DNA of 62,934 bases, filler included, from Intoshia linei (taxonomy: Eukaryota > Animalia > Orthonectida), in the NCBI GenBank assembly GCA_001642005.1. It is 5 parts of 5 records of this genome, joined end to end, with 100 filler letters (N's around TTAATTAATTAA, not from the genome) between each part and the next. Parts side by side here need not be neighbours in the genome. Positions count along the whole stretch, not along the records: positions 14,335 to 40,323 come from LWCA01000483.1; positions 40,424 to 58,858 come from LWCA01000778.1; 3 more parts are not named here. One strand, 5' to 3'. Positions within the stretch are counted from its first letter, which is position 1; each line of letters starts with the position of its first letter. The position numbers were made by a program, and so were the translations under genes. The notes beneath the pieces were generated by a model. The model was given only the letters and a program-made list of their open reading frames with translations, made no database searches and was not told the DNA's origin. Shown here in pieces: positions 38,001-52,470 of this stretch.

Positions 38001-39281
38001 TGATATTGTGATTGTGTGCACAACATACGGTCGCATGCGGCCCAAAAGCGTTTATTTGCGGCCAAATATTTATTTATTTAATATTTCTCAATAAATAATT
38101 GGCCATTTTCTCAAAATAAATTTAAACTTTCTCAGTGTTAAAGTAAATTTTAAAATTATTTATACAAATGTTAACAAAATAATCTTAAGTTTTAATAATT
38201 CACTTAAATTTAACTCCACAAAAATGCTTATTTACTATTTATTTATTTGATATTTATAAATTTTGATATTAAAAATAATATTTGATTAAAAAAATAATAC
38301 ATCTGGTAACGACTTAGTTAAAGTTTATTTTATTCACTCAATGTGTCAATATCAAGTCAAAAATCTATATTATATCAAGTAGAATGGATTCGATTGAACT
38401 ACCATCGTAATTTAAAAAAAAAAATTAATCAAATTTAGTTACTTTCACGCAGCTTGTGCTTTCGATAACAATGGAGTTATTTTGTTCAGTAATTTTCATG
38501 TAAATTATTTCTGAAAATATTAAATTAGTTTTTGCACTTTTTTTTGGGTCCACAGGTTTTCTCCATAAATAGTAGGGATTCACATGAAAAAGGGTTGATA
38601 ATGCCTAACCTAAAAAACCCTTTATAAAAATGGTATTAATTTATGTAATTTCTCAATGTATGAAAAGTGTCCACTTTCAAAAGATTGACTGTTATGTACT
38701 TGAAAACAAAAGCTAGCGAGGGGAAGGGCGAACTTTTTTAATTCTACAACAAAATTGTACTGAAAGTTACAAATAATTATAAAAAATCTTTGATCATACA
38801 AAATATGAGAATGAATTAGTTTTGTGACTTAACTAGGGTCTACCATCGTAAAACGTAAATTAAACCGAGCTCTAGATTTTCAAATATAATGTTATTAATA
38901 ATAATAACTTATTATGTATGTTTTTAATACTATATTACAAAATCTAACTACAGCCTCGAATTCTACAAAAAAAATTAGAATTTTCGCTGATGAATTTTGT
39001 CAAAAATTATCATTTAAACCAGATATTTTTTTCTGAAATGATTACCTTTTGTTCTTTGTTTTTTCAATTATATTAACTAGTGCACTGTCATATTAGCTAA
39101 GCTTCGTCTTTAAATTTTTAATTCATAAAAGAATATGTTCTGTACTTAATTTTATTAGAAACTGACAAAATTCGACATGATGAAATTGGAATTTTAATCG
39201 AAATATTACACGAAACTGAATCAAATATTATCGCTAAAACAAAAAAGGAAATGTAATTAAATATTTGGCTAATTATATTAA

Positions 39282-39491
39282 CCCTTTCACTGTCTGATGC
39301 AATTTTATGTACTATCATCATACATCTGGTATTTTTTTAATTTAAGCTTGTATTATTTTTAAATTACCTATGTGAAAATGTATGATTATAAAAGAATAAA
39401 GTTTTTCAAAATTATGCTGTGTATATCATAGAATACACAGACGTGAAGTGAAATTGCTGTGTATAGTATAGAATACACAGACAGTGAAAGG
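39282..39491. mobile_element. piggyBac-type MITE
   Basis: TTAA|CCCTTTCACTGTCTG ... CAGACAGTGAAAGG|TTAA, with a duplicated subterminal GCTGTGTATA..ATAGAATACACAGAC. Confidence 0.85.
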
Positions 39492-40323
39492 TTAATAATT
39501 ATTTACTTGTGAATAATTTATAAACATTTAATAATAATTTAGGAATTATATACTAATGAAAGGTGGAAAATACAATGTATTAATAATGATAAGTAGTAAA
39601 TATCAATAAATTTTATTCATTCTTTTTGTTTGGCATTATTGAAAGTAATTCCATAAATATTTCATCCGGCTTCCAAGGTTTATCTTCCTATATTTTATTT
39701 TATACTTTACATAAATATATACACTCGGTGTGCATTGGGTTATTCCAATAAAAAATTTGTTTAAAACTTAAAAGTGGATGTCACCTACATGGCCTATGTA
39801 AATAAAAGCTTCAAAATCGAGTTAAATCAAAATTTATAAAATAGATAATGTAGAAAACATTTCATTCATATAGCGCAAATATTTTAAATTCGAAATAATT
39901 AACGCATAACAACAAATATTAATTATTAAAATTACAAACAAATAAATAAAACCAATTAAATCAAAGAAAAATATAACTCGGTTCGAGATTGCTTGCTATT
40001 AAAAGTTATAAAATTATGACACGAGATTAACACGCCTATGTTCATTTTGCATGTAAATTTGATTGTTTTTAAGAATAATAAACATTTGTTATTTTAGTGT
40101 TTTAACATAAAATAATAATTATCGAAATATGACCAGTGGTCATTGACCACAATATATTTAGTTGGCCACCCGGGAAGTATCATTTTTATGGTAATATTCA
40201 TTAGTATCGGAATAATAATTTAAATTTTTTATTCTAAAATAAAAAAATTTTCATCGAAATACTAAGTAAGATAGTTGAACGAAATTTTATAATTTTGATT
40301 TAGATGTTCCAAAAATTCCGTTA

Positions 40324-40423
40324 NNNNNNNNNNNNNNNNNNNNNNNNNNNNNNNNNNNNNNNNNNNNTTAATTAATTAANNNNNNNNNNNNNNNNNNNNN
40401 NNNNNNNNNNNNNNNNNNNNNNN
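40324..40423. other. Assembly spacer
   Basis: N44-TTAATTAATTAA-N44. Confidence 0.97.
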
Positions 40424-41069
40424 CCAATTCAAACATGTCAATCGCTTTCCATTGTTGCCAGCTGTTCAGAAACCAGTACCTTTAATTGTTTGAAACGTTT
40501 ACAAAAAATGAATAAGTCTGGAATATGGGTACCCCACTTATTAACGATTCAACATAAATTAAATAGAAAAAACTTATACCAATTATTATTAGCCGGACTA
40601 AAAAATGAACCGTTTTTAGAAAATATTGTGACTGGTGATGAAAAATGGATACATTGTGATAATACTAAATTGAAAAAACAATGACTATCTTCCCAGGAAT
40701 CACCGATATTGACTCCAAAACCAGAACTCCATGGTAAAAAGGTAATGATGAGTATTTGGTAGGATATGAAAAGCATACTTTATTATAAATATCTTAAAAA
40801 CAAAGAAACCATTAATGCGGAAAAGTATTACGAACAATTGGATAAATTGACCGATGCAATTGGGCATTTAACATCTGACATTGATAACTTTTTGACAAAT
40901 AAAAGCCAGAGTTTTTTTCAAAATTGAATTAAGAAGCTACTGGAACGTTGGAGAAGAATTGTTGAATGCAATGGAGAATATTTTGTAGAATAAAGGTTAA
41001 TCAAAATTGTTATTATAGAAGTTTTAATTATAGTTATAAAAACGACATTACTTTGTGAATGGCCTAATA
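40424..41069 (+). mobile_element. mariner transposon pseudogene (internal deletion) with right TIR
   Basis: WVPHLLT, IVTGDEKWI, KKVMMSIW*D and C-terminal LERWRRIVECNGEYF*. TIR AAAAACGACATTACTTTGTGAATGGCCTAATA. Confidence 0.9.
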
Positions 41070-41742
41070 GTATTAATATTAATATTCATAATATTAATTA
41101 TATTTGTATTAATAAAATAAAAACCAGTGTTTATTGATCATGTAAAACGTACAACAACACCAATGAGGTCAATTGTTTTTAGAAAAACAAGAATGGTTGC
41201 TTTGAGTTTAGTCTATATTTACGCATCATACAATTTAAGTTTCATTTTTTTGGAGAAACCTCAATGTTCCCAAAATAAAAAAAAAATTTTGGACTCGAAG
41301 TGAAATTTTTCGTAGATGCTTTAGTTAGCATATATTTGACACTACATATAAAATATATAGTATATAACGTATCTACTACCACCGAAATTTTGAGAGGCGG
41401 GATAAAGGTTAAATGATAATTATTTACATTATTTTTGAAGATTTCTTGAATATTTTTAATAGTTCTTTATCTACTATATTAAATTCCCCATCCACTTCTT
41501 TGTACTAAATAAATTATAAAAATAATCCAGTAATATAAAAAAATTATAAAATTGTTCATAAAATCGGATGAATTTACAAATGCTTGTAACGAGCCCCGTA
41601 ATCTGCGATCGGAGGTGTGCACCGTGCCCACTATGAAAATCATGTAGAAATGTGAAAAAATTTAATTTTAATACATTTATGTTTTTTGCTTCAATATTAC
41701 CGTTTTATTACACTGTATTAATTCTTATCATAATTACAGTAC

Positions 41743-42202
41743 TCCCTTACTTATATGAAATTGAATATATGTGTGTGTTACCGTTTAATTAAAAAATTAA
41801 AAGTGCTAGAATTAAAAAAGCCCTATTTCTAATACAGTTTTTCGACATCATTTGGATTCATGTTTTATCGCATATTTTATTTTCAGTAATTGAGTCCTTC
41901 AGGGTGAAAACAATAAACATAAATTCTGAGACGCGTTTTAACATTATTACTATGGTCGTAAATATCAACCTCAGAAACTTACATCTTCACGATTTATTCG
42001 AAATTACCCATTTTTTTAAAAATATAAAAAGTCACAGTATTTTATAAACATAAATTCTAGATGGTTTTTAAAATAATGAGCATTATCATAAATCACAATG
42101 TGAGAAACTTAAAATCAATTAAAAAATCGTTCTAAATATGAAAATGTCTGCCCAAGTCATATCTAACTGATGTTTGTAGTAAGTACATAACAGTCAATCT
42201 AG
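41743..42202 (+). mobile_element. Short Helitron family copy with both termini
   Basis: Starts TCCCTTACTTATAT...(GT)n and ends GTTTGTAGTAAGTACATAACAGTCAAT-CTAG|T, placing the 5' and 3' ends on the same strand. Confidence 0.65.
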
Positions 42203-43239
42203 TAATTTTGTAAAATTGTACTTTATACACCTTAATTAGACATACTTTATTTTATATTAATACATGTATTATATACCATATGATGAAAATTAGATTTCAT
42301 AACTATGTATTTAAAATAGGTTGAAATAATTCGTCCATAATTCAAATTTTTCTTCTAAAATATTTTTTTAATAATCAAAAATGTTGGTTTATATTTTGTA
42401 ATTACAGTAAATTGATCCAAATCATTTTTTTAGTTAACGTCGTTAATTGAACGGTATGTCCAATTCAATAAATTTTTACCTATTGAATAGATCCTTCATG
42501 GTTTACAACAGGTCCAGGCGTTGACCTCGAAAGATTTCGTAGGTTTTATTATTTACAGGTTAATTAAATTTTAAATATAAATTTATTGATTAAAAGTGTT
42601 ACAAAAATAAAATATTCGCAGTCGATTAACTAATCACTTATTCCTGAAGAGCTGATTTACATGTTAATATTATTTTTACTATAGACCAGTGGTTCCCAAT
42701 GGTGAGCCAACTGACTTCCAGGGAAAGAATTCTTTTTGTAGGGAGGAAATTTGTAAAAAGGGGCAATTTGGGTCAAAAAGTATGTCTTAGAATTAAACAT
42801 AAAAAACATTAAAGCTGATACACTTATTTAAATCATTAATATTGACGTAAATCTTAACCTCGCAAACTTAAACTTATCGCAAATCTTCACGACCAAAATT
42901 CTAAATTGGCCTTTTATAAAAATGAAGAGTTTTAGAATTCTAAAAAAAACAATACAACTCATACAGTTATTTCCTCTTAACGAACACAAATATTGCAATC
43001 TCTTAGGCAGTGGTTCTCAAACTTTTTCCAACGTGGGCCACTTGTCACACAAAAAAATGTATGTTTATTTTTTAATACACACATAATTTTTAAAAAAAAT
43101 ACATTTACATATATACATACATACATACATTACATACATAGTCCTGAACACGTCACTAAGGTAATATTTATATTTTTTTAAAATGGAGGCTTTAATTAAC
43201 TAAATTGAGTATTAAAAAAAATTTTGATTATTTTTGAAT

Positions 43240-43685
43240 TATATAATATGCTTTGTTTGTCTATGTGTGTTATCGTTTATTTCAATAACTACCAGTCTTA
43301 GAATTTTATAAAGTCCACATTTATATTACAGTTTTTTCTGGGTGCGAAAGTAAGATAAATTTCAACCTTCCAAAGTCACATCTTACGGGTCAAACAGCCC
43401 AATTATCTTTATTTTTGAAAATCAAATGAGTTTGAGAATTTAAAAAAATACACTCTGATACGGATTATAAAATCCTAAAAATAATCATAAGTTTAAATTT
43501 AAAAAAAATATATCTTCAAGACCAAAACCACAAATTACCTTTTTTTAAATACCCACAGCTCTAAAATTTAAAAAAAATTACAGGTGGTACAGTTGTATCC
43601 TGTTAACGATAACAAAAAATAAGTATTTCAATCTGAATAAGTTACGCCTTCATCGTCAAAAAAGCACTTTAATATTCATATTTTA
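43240..43685 (+). mobile_element. Helitron family copy (single internal unit)
   Basis: Reverse complement of the 2800-3260 and 21990-22490 blocks. Confidence 0.7.
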
Positions 43686-46376
43686 TCTGTACGAAAATTT
43701 TATGTAATTTTCGATAAAGTACTATATTTTATTTACAAAGAAGCGTCGTTACTAAATTATATACATGTATCAATGATGTATGACGTCTGTGGTATCCAAC
43801 ACTAAACGCTTTCTCATCTCTGAATTAGATGAATTATTTTAGATCAATTTCCCGAAATATATATTATGCATATATTACATAATGCTCGTTAATTCTTTGC
43901 AATTCACTCAATCGAAAATCGTTTAAAACTCGCATCTAATATAGTAATATATATACATAAATTACAACTACGAATGTATAACTACTACTAAATTTTAGTG
44001 CATAAATAATTTTCAATTTTTTATTACCCATAGTTCTATAATTATCACAAAAAACAACTTTAGCTGTCAAAAATATTAGTATAATTGATAACAACCTACA
44101 TAATTTTTAAAGAAATTATCGCTACATAACTCCAATATATTTGGATTAAAAAAATGACCATACAAAAAATTTATTTTTGAAATAATGACGTGAAATATTT
44201 AGGATCAGCCTACATTTATAGAACGATCAATTAAAATCAAAAGTAATTATATTCTGCATTCATACATATGTAGGTATATTTTTTTAGTTAGAAGTAAAAA
44301 ATCTGGGTTTCAATCTTATAAATGAAGGATAAATTTTATAAATTTTTGTTTTTTGCTTTTTACGATTGTGAAATCGTTAGTTTTCAACGTTGTGACTCTA
44401 ATTTAGAAATTTTTTAAACGTAAAGTGAAAATTTTGGGTGACACCAAGTACATTGTACTTAGTACAATGAAGTACAAATCTACTATCAAATTTTCTCAAT
44501 TAAAATAATACGAGTATTATATTTATTAAAAATTTGATAAAAAACCTAATAACGTAATAAATTGACTTTTAATTAGTACTAAAATGAAATAGGCAAATGA
44601 TTTTATGTTTATGATTGACATTAAAAATAGATTATAATCTATAATTATAGAGCTTTAGAGATATAATTATTATTAACGGAATATTTGGTCCATATAAATT
44701 CGTTAAGAAAAAATAAATTCCGTTTAAATGGAATTTCTGTTAATAATAATTTGATTAATAAGGACTTTGATTGTATAATTAAAAAATAACCTTGGAATGC
44801 CCTTTTAACATTAGTTTATGTAAAATTTGCACTAGTTTCCAGCAAATTATTTCATTTTCATAATATCTTTCTCGAAAAATTATCAATAAACTCCAAATTT
44901 CAAAATCTGCATTTTCTGAAAAGGAAAATTCCACAATTACTAAAATATACATTTTTTATATTTTTCATACTACACATTAAATTTTTGCACATTTCAATAA
45001 TTCCCAACCCTTTTGTTTTAAAAAATACTCTATCAAAAATCAAACTTTTATCAATTCTTTACGATTTAAATACAAATAAAAGAAAATTCAATATTTTTCT
45101 ACGTTTCACTCTTCTGTAGTTATCGAATCCTATACTCGGCAATGAATTTTTTTAGAAAAGTTGATGTTATTAATTATAATATATTTATTATAATATATTA
45201 TTATTAATGGGGTGTAAAAAATTTTCAAATAAAATTAATCAAAATTTTTATAGTGGTATTAATACAGTATTATACGTGGTGACTATGGTTATATACTATC
45301 TATTTCATTAAATTATTTTAGTCCCAACATTTGGCCACTAGAGACACAATACAGAATACAGTTTACATGTTCATTTACGTGTTAAAAAAATTATTTAATT
45401 AAAAAATAATAAAATACTTCTTTTTTGTTGGTCTTAAATTTCTGAAACAATTAAACATTTAAATGTAAAACGTGAACATTTTAAAAAATACTGACAAGTC
45501 TTTTTTCTGGGTTGGGAAACTGGTTGAAATGTATAATATTAATTTAGATGTAATACTTTTAACATATTTAAGTTTAATGGAATCTTTTCTGGTTGTAAGT
45601 ATTTTTTTCAATATTTTCAACTGAAATTTTAAAATTAAGTATTGTAAATTAAAGTAATCTTAAAATTTTTAAATGATACATGTTCTTTTCTATTTTTTTC
45701 AATTTCAGCTTTTTTTATTTTATAATCCATATTTGAAAAATAAATATCATAGAATAAACAATATAATGTATAAACAAATAATGTAAAATTCATAATATCA
45801 TTTATAATGATACATTTCAGAGGATTGTGTTAAAATTTTAAAAATTAAATTAAATGTGAGAACGTTCGCCCCGCCGTTTTGCACATTCACCACGTTTTTA
45901 CGCAGTACAAAATTTTATTCAAAAAACAAGTAATTTATAAAACGAATAACACATCAAGGTTGATGATGAAACTAGAAACAGTTGTAATTGATAAATCAAA
46001 AATTGGGTCACTAAAGTCAGCTAAAAAACAAAATAATGTAATAATTGATATAAAAGTATAAAAAATTAATTACAGATACAGTGTATGTGTATAATACATT
46101 GTATATGAAATTGAAACTAATTATTAAATATTATTATATCCAGTATTAATTGATATGATATTAAATTTTTTAAAATAAAACACATGACTGAGATACTACA
46201 TCAATGCTAGCTAAATATTTAAAATATTAAATTTAAACTTTTATATTTAATTTCAAATATAAACTTTTTATATAATATTGAATTTAATATTTTTCATTCA
46301 ATTTCAATTTTCAAATTATTTGGATTAATTAATATATCAAGATGTAATAAAGTCAAATATACACAATAAATTAATA

Positions 46377-47741
46377 ATGACGAAACTTTTCATGTTTTTG
46401 GCAATGTTTTCAGTCATTTTAGGCTTGATAAATTCATCCTGTACTATTGAAAATCAAAACGCGGCTTATAATTGTCAAATAAGAAACATAAATTTGAGCT
46501 GTGTTAGAAAGTACTCTTTTTTTCCAGCATATGATCAACAGTCGAACATTGCAGTAAATGCAAATTGCCAAAGGAATGTGTTGATTATTTTGGGAATGTT
46601 ATTTAAATTTAAAATTTGCACTTGTAAGCAATTAATTTCAGTAATACTGACATAAAAATTGTTGGTATGTTGTGTGTTCAATAAGTTTCAAAAGAAATGA
46701 ATATTAAAGTGCTATTTTGACTGTGAAGGCGCCACTTTGACTATATTACTGGCCAAATTTTTAAGATAAATCAAATTACTGGATATTCAAAATTATGGGT
46801 ATGCAAAAAGATTCATAACGTAGAAATGGTAGAGAGAAGGTAGAGAGAAGAGGAGAAATTGGAGGGGGAAACATTTATATTATTTCATTTATTTTTAAAC
46901 AGCCAATGTTTCAAATTGAAGTTGTTAATTTCTAAATTGATCTCTCTCTATATGCGACAATTATTATACTCCCTTTGTTTGTATTATTTTTTATTCATTA
47001 ACCGTAAATGATCACTTTGTGAAAATGAAACTTTTCATTAGCTATCATTTCATTAAAATTATAAGACTTAGTTTTTCATCTTACCTACTAAGCCAGAAAA
47101 CATTTTTGTAAACTAGGAATTTTTGTTTTGGAAATGTCTGAGACTGTCGGTTTTATAAGTAAATGCTAACACACACCTAGTGCTAACATATTAGTTAATC
47201 ATATTCATAATAGTTAAACAGATAATTATCAAGCTTCATAAATGATCAATGATCATTCAAGTTCCTCATTTAATTTTGAATTCTGAAACGTGATGTTAAT
47301 TCATTGTCCATATTAATTACCAATTTATAATTTTAGATCAAAGTGGTAGTATAGTTGAATCACAAGGATATTGTCCTAGAAAATTATGTAATTTATCCAA
47401 AATTGCAAAATTTGTGATTGGCTTGGGAATGGCCCTGTTGAATGGCAGAACTCAACGTTCAGCTTTATTGAGATATTTTGATGAATCTTGGGGGTTATAT
47501 GGAAGTCCTACAGAAAATTTTGAAACTTTCAAGCAAACTGTAGTAAATAATTACAAAAATAAGGAATCCACTACAAACTTACAGGTTATTATAAAATTTA
47601 AATCATAAATCAGAGGTTTTAAATAATCATAGCACTATCCGATAGAGTTTATCGGGTTACATACATCTGTTAAAATGGTGAATGGGCCCTGTAATTGTCC
47701 GTACTACTTGTAACCGACGGTTACTTACAGTATATTGGAAT
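46377..47741 (+). pseudogene. Secreted Cys-rich + vWA protein, probable pseudogene copy
   Basis: Signal peptide, CTIEN..NC..RNINLSCVR, and exon 47337-47584 with MIDAS DQSGS. Lesions: first donor is GA (46594), in-frame TGA at 47679, and a frameshift before VLLVTDG (47701-47721). Confidence 0.7.
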
Positions 47742-50468
47742 GTAACGTACTTTGTGTATAGAACTGTTGTCTTTTCAGTACTTTGTGAAATTTTAATTTT
47801 ATGATTGTGATCAAAACATCAATTTCTCATATTTTAATCATTTCATTAATATAATTAGTTTTCAAACAGATTTCTCGTTGATATCTTTTTTGCAACTGCA
47901 CCAGCTATGTCAAATTTAATTTCAGTATTATTATTTTCATTTACGTTTAATTGCTTTCTTCATTTTCAAAAATGAACCCTTTACGATATAAGTCAATTTT
48001 TGACTTGTACTTGGTTAAATTTATAATCTTATATAGAACATCCAAAGTAAGAGAAAAATGCGATTTATTTAACATTTTGTATCATCATAACTTCCATATA
48101 TAGGGATAAGTCCAAGATTAAAGTCATTTTTGATAATATCAGGATGTACATTCAAATATTTTTTATTTTTAAAACTGGTCCACTTATCACATGGTATTTT
48201 CCACCATTACATTTTATAGTAGAAATCTTTTCAATTATTTGTCATATAATTTTTTCAAAGGAACTATTTACAAGATTAATGACACAGTTTTGAGATATAG
48301 GCAAGCATATTGGTCTTAAACGAAAAATCGGAAACCACTGCTCTAATAGATAATTTGACGGTAAATTTATCTCTATATAAAACCTAAAAAAAATTAATCT
48401 AAAATAAGAATTTCATTTTATGATGGATACCGTTTGGAAACACTGGTCTAAACCAGGATTTCTCAACAATGGGCGAATCGCCCACTTGGGGCGATTTTTC
48501 TATTTTATTTAACTAAATTTAAATACATAATCTAAAAATTTTCATTTATTATTTATTAATAACAAATAATCTTTAAAGACTTAATAAATTATAAATTTGT
48601 CGAAATCTTAACATTAATAGAATTTTCTTGTAGTTAATTTAATAATTAATCGATATTTGAGAGTATATTTAAATTTTAAAATAACATTTTTTATATTGTT
48701 AATAATAAACAATACATGTATATTAAATTTTAAATATTAAATTATAATTATGAATTATTTTAATACTCCGCCAATATCTAAAACAGCGACTCTTAACCGG
48801 TACGCCATGAGTTCAGGTAAGAAGGCCGAAAAATAAATTTGAATTTATTTTATAAACTTTTACATTGACCATTCTTTGAACATTTTGAGATTTAATATAA
48901 TGTATTTATATTAACAATTGTAAATAATATGATCCAAATCAGATCATCCAAAAAATTAAAAAAAATGCATTTCGTTTTTGTTACTGATGGTTCATTTGCT
49001 GAAAGAGACTGGTATGTTTTTATATGTGCTTTTAAAGAGTTTAAACTTTAAATGAATAATAAATAATAAATAATTCGTTTTAGTAACATTCAAAATGCCG
49101 TTTGGACATATTTTAATTGTTACAATTACAAGATTACATTTATCGGCAAATTTAGAGTTTCTCAAAGTCAAATTAGACAAAGTATATTTTATGCACATGA
49201 ATTTATAATTTCTAGGGCTCGTCAAATTGAAGAGTGTCAATAGTCAGACCCAATTAAATTTTATTGAATTAAATCAATGGTCACAATTGACTTCCAAAAT
49301 TGTTACAGTTCAAGAAAAAATATGTAATAACGTTCTATTAACTCAAATATTTTGTATTACAATTTGTAAATTTATAATTTAGTTGCAAGTACAGGTGGAA
49401 ATAACAATCCATGGTAAAAAGGGTAACTGATGAAAGGATTAATAAATTAATTGTAAAATGATAATAAAATTATAAATAATATGATAATGAAAGAAATAAA
49501 TTCAGTTATAAAATGATACTATGCACTATTATCAATCCTTTAAAGGAGTGGTTCTCAAACGTGTTTAACCAGGGACCGTTTCTCATTAAATTTAAAGTGT
49601 AATTATTACCACATACAACGATTCATTACGAGTTATGAAATTCTGTACTCTTTAATAATGTCTAATTTCTGGGCCATTTAAAAAATCAGCACATGATAAA
49701 TATGGGAATATTTTTTTTAATACAAAATGAAGTTTATTCGTTTCATTAATTTTATGAATTTGATTGATTTAGATGTTGTCAAGTAAAATGTTACCTTTTA
49801 CTATAATTTTTGGGTTTGAGCTAATTTGTTTATTGAACTATTAAAGATATATAATTTTTTTAATATTAAATTAAATATTGAAGCTGCATTATTTTTGACG
49901 TACAGTATTCGAAATATATTCTCTTATGAATATTTCATCCCATTCTTGTTTGGATTTTTTACAATTTGAGTGCACACCCTAATGACCATATATGCCTTCA
50001 CCTTCAACATCTAAAACTTATTGTGGATTTTGTCATCCTTGAAAATAAGATGGAACAATTCACATCGTAAAAAAGACAGATTTTCAGTAGAAATAAAGAA
50101 TGGTTAGACAATATTTTAAAAACTTATCTAAACTACTATAAATAATAATATTTAAATTTATTATAATCCAAAGTTAATCATTAAGTACAATCCATCTGAT
50201 CCATTAGTAAACCATCTAAATTTACGAGCATAACCAAAACCAATATCAGATAGACTTAAACAAGTAGCCCTCTGATTTATAATACATTTTGGATATTACA
50301 AATAATTATAAGTTAACTTTATGGAAATTAATTAAACTGTCCAACTTAGATCCCATTTAAAAAAAGCGCACTTTTGCGCACTCCAAAATTTTTTAGAGCC
50401 AATTCTACACAATCTCTTCTATCGACTCAGCAATTTTCAAAACATACAAATATGCACCTTTTTTTAAA

Positions 50469-52124
50469 TTACAATAATACATTCAAATTTTTTTTTAAAA
50501 AACAATCATTTTTTAATAATATATATAGACATTTATTCGTTAAAATTTGATTTATATTATTTATATCCTTGTTATAATTACATACAATTGTTGTTTGGTG
50601 TTGTGCATTATAGAATTGGCTATTATTTTTATATATTTTGGTTACTTCTTTAATTAAATCGATTCCGAGAATAGATGGTTGATCAGAATCACCAAAACAT
50701 TCCTTAAATACATTTCCCAAGATCAGTTCCATTATATGGTGCCGGCAGGAAAGTTCAATAAGTTTTTGATTAAAATAAGTCTGAAGGTATTTGACAGATC
50801 CATTATATATACCGGTATTAACAGATGTTGTGTCGAAACAAATACCTACAATCTTTTGTTCAATGTTCCATTGTTTAATGGTATCATAAGCTGTTAAACT
50901 GGATTTAATTCCACGACCATCGTCTTGTTTAAAAACTCCTAATATAACTTCATATTTATCAATCACATCTACTGCTACAACTGATATTCTCTCACTATCA
51001 TTAAATTTTTTTTCATCAAAATAAATAACAATGTCATTCATTTTTTTACTTTATCTTTTAAAAGTATTAAGTCTGATTTTCTTTGATAACTTAACCTTCT
51101 GAGCATAGTCTCATGCGATACGTTCATCAATGAATAAATCAAATGAAGACGATGCACGTAATGAAACATTTCTTCTGTCACACACTCGCAATTTATTTGT
51201 TAAATTCTCACTATCATCATCGTTTGAAGTATTTGTTTCGTCACTAAATGAATATATAAAATCAGCTTTTGCGTAATTTCCATTTTTTTCGATTCTTTTT
51301 GATTTGAATTTATTTTGAGATTGTAATTGAGATTTACTTTTTACAGCGACATATGGATGAGAAATTGTTAAAAAACCTGCCATGCTACCAATACAATTTT
51401 TTTGGGATTCTAAGAATGTAATATCTTCTTTCAGGCTTTTTGATTAATCCAATTTTGTAAAATTAAACAAACTATTTACTTTAGTTTTAAATGTTGCTGA
51501 TCGTAATGTTCCATGACGTTTTGACACCTAAAATTGTAGTTAATATATGCAATAATATGAAATACAATAAAATACAATGTAATACAATTCTATGTTCGTA
51601 GTTTTTTCAGTCGTTTGTTAATTCCAACAAGAAAAATTATATTCAAACCAGATTTTTTGTATATATCCAAAATTTCTTTTGAAATAACATTGAATGCGTA
51701 CATTTGTTTATTTTTCTTTAAGTGAAGTTTTCCATGTAGGATGAGAATTTTGATGTATTAAATCTGAAACCCATAAAGGGTTCACAAAACATCGCCTTTT
51801 CTATTCGACATTTTATAAATTTATACCGTTATTTTAAAAGAGAAGACAATTTAGATAAAACATAAACTGACCTAGCTAGCATTTAATATGAAGCAACGTT
51901 ACTAAAGAAGAGTTTTAAAATTATTAATAAAGATTTATAATAACTAAGCGATTTTTTAAAATAAAATTAAATTTACGTATTAATTACATTATTGATGAGC
52001 GCATTTTCGGTAATGAATTTTTTCAAAAACGGTTTTTTACATCGTGATTTTTATTCAAAAATACACATGATCTACCTGGTACGTTTTTAAAAATATCAAA
52101 ATTTTAAATCGATGTGACACCCTA
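50469..52124 (-). mobile_element. Degenerate hATm DNA transposon
   Basis: TIR TAGGGTGTCACATCG at 52124. ORF has IYFDEK, WNIEQKIVGICFDTTSVNTG and LSCRHHIMELIL. Confidence 0.85.
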
Positions 52125-52149
52125 ATATACATAAATGTATATTGTATGA

Positions 52150-52252
52150 AATTGAAATGTGGACTTTATAAAATTCTCAGACGGCTAGTTATTTAAATAA
52201 AGCTGAACACACACACAAACAAAAATCGCGTAGCATATTATATAAGTTAGGA
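52150..52252 (-). mobile_element. Helitron family 5' end
   Basis: Reverse complement A|TCCTAACTTATATAATATGCTACGCGATTTTTGTTTG(TG)n. Confidence 0.7.
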
Positions 52253-52470
52253 TTTAAGTAAAAGATACTATATTGATAAATATTGAAAAACGCATAAAGG
52301 TTTAAATTACAGCAAAAATATTATAAACTACTGAAACTGAAATTTAGCTGAAAATTGATGCAAATAAATAAAAATTAAATTTAATCGTGTATTGTATTAC
52401 GAATGGACTCAATATTATATTTAATATTTTAAGTTTTGTAATTTTAACTTATGAAATCAAAAAATAAATA

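Noticed and set aside
42640-42665. CTGAAGAG hammerhead-like core
   Set aside because: No stem II followed by GAAA and no flanking stems.
47679-47681. In-frame TGA as possible selenocysteine or recoding
   Set aside because: It co-occurs with a frameshift and a broken donor, and no SECIS is seen. Pseudogenisation is simpler.
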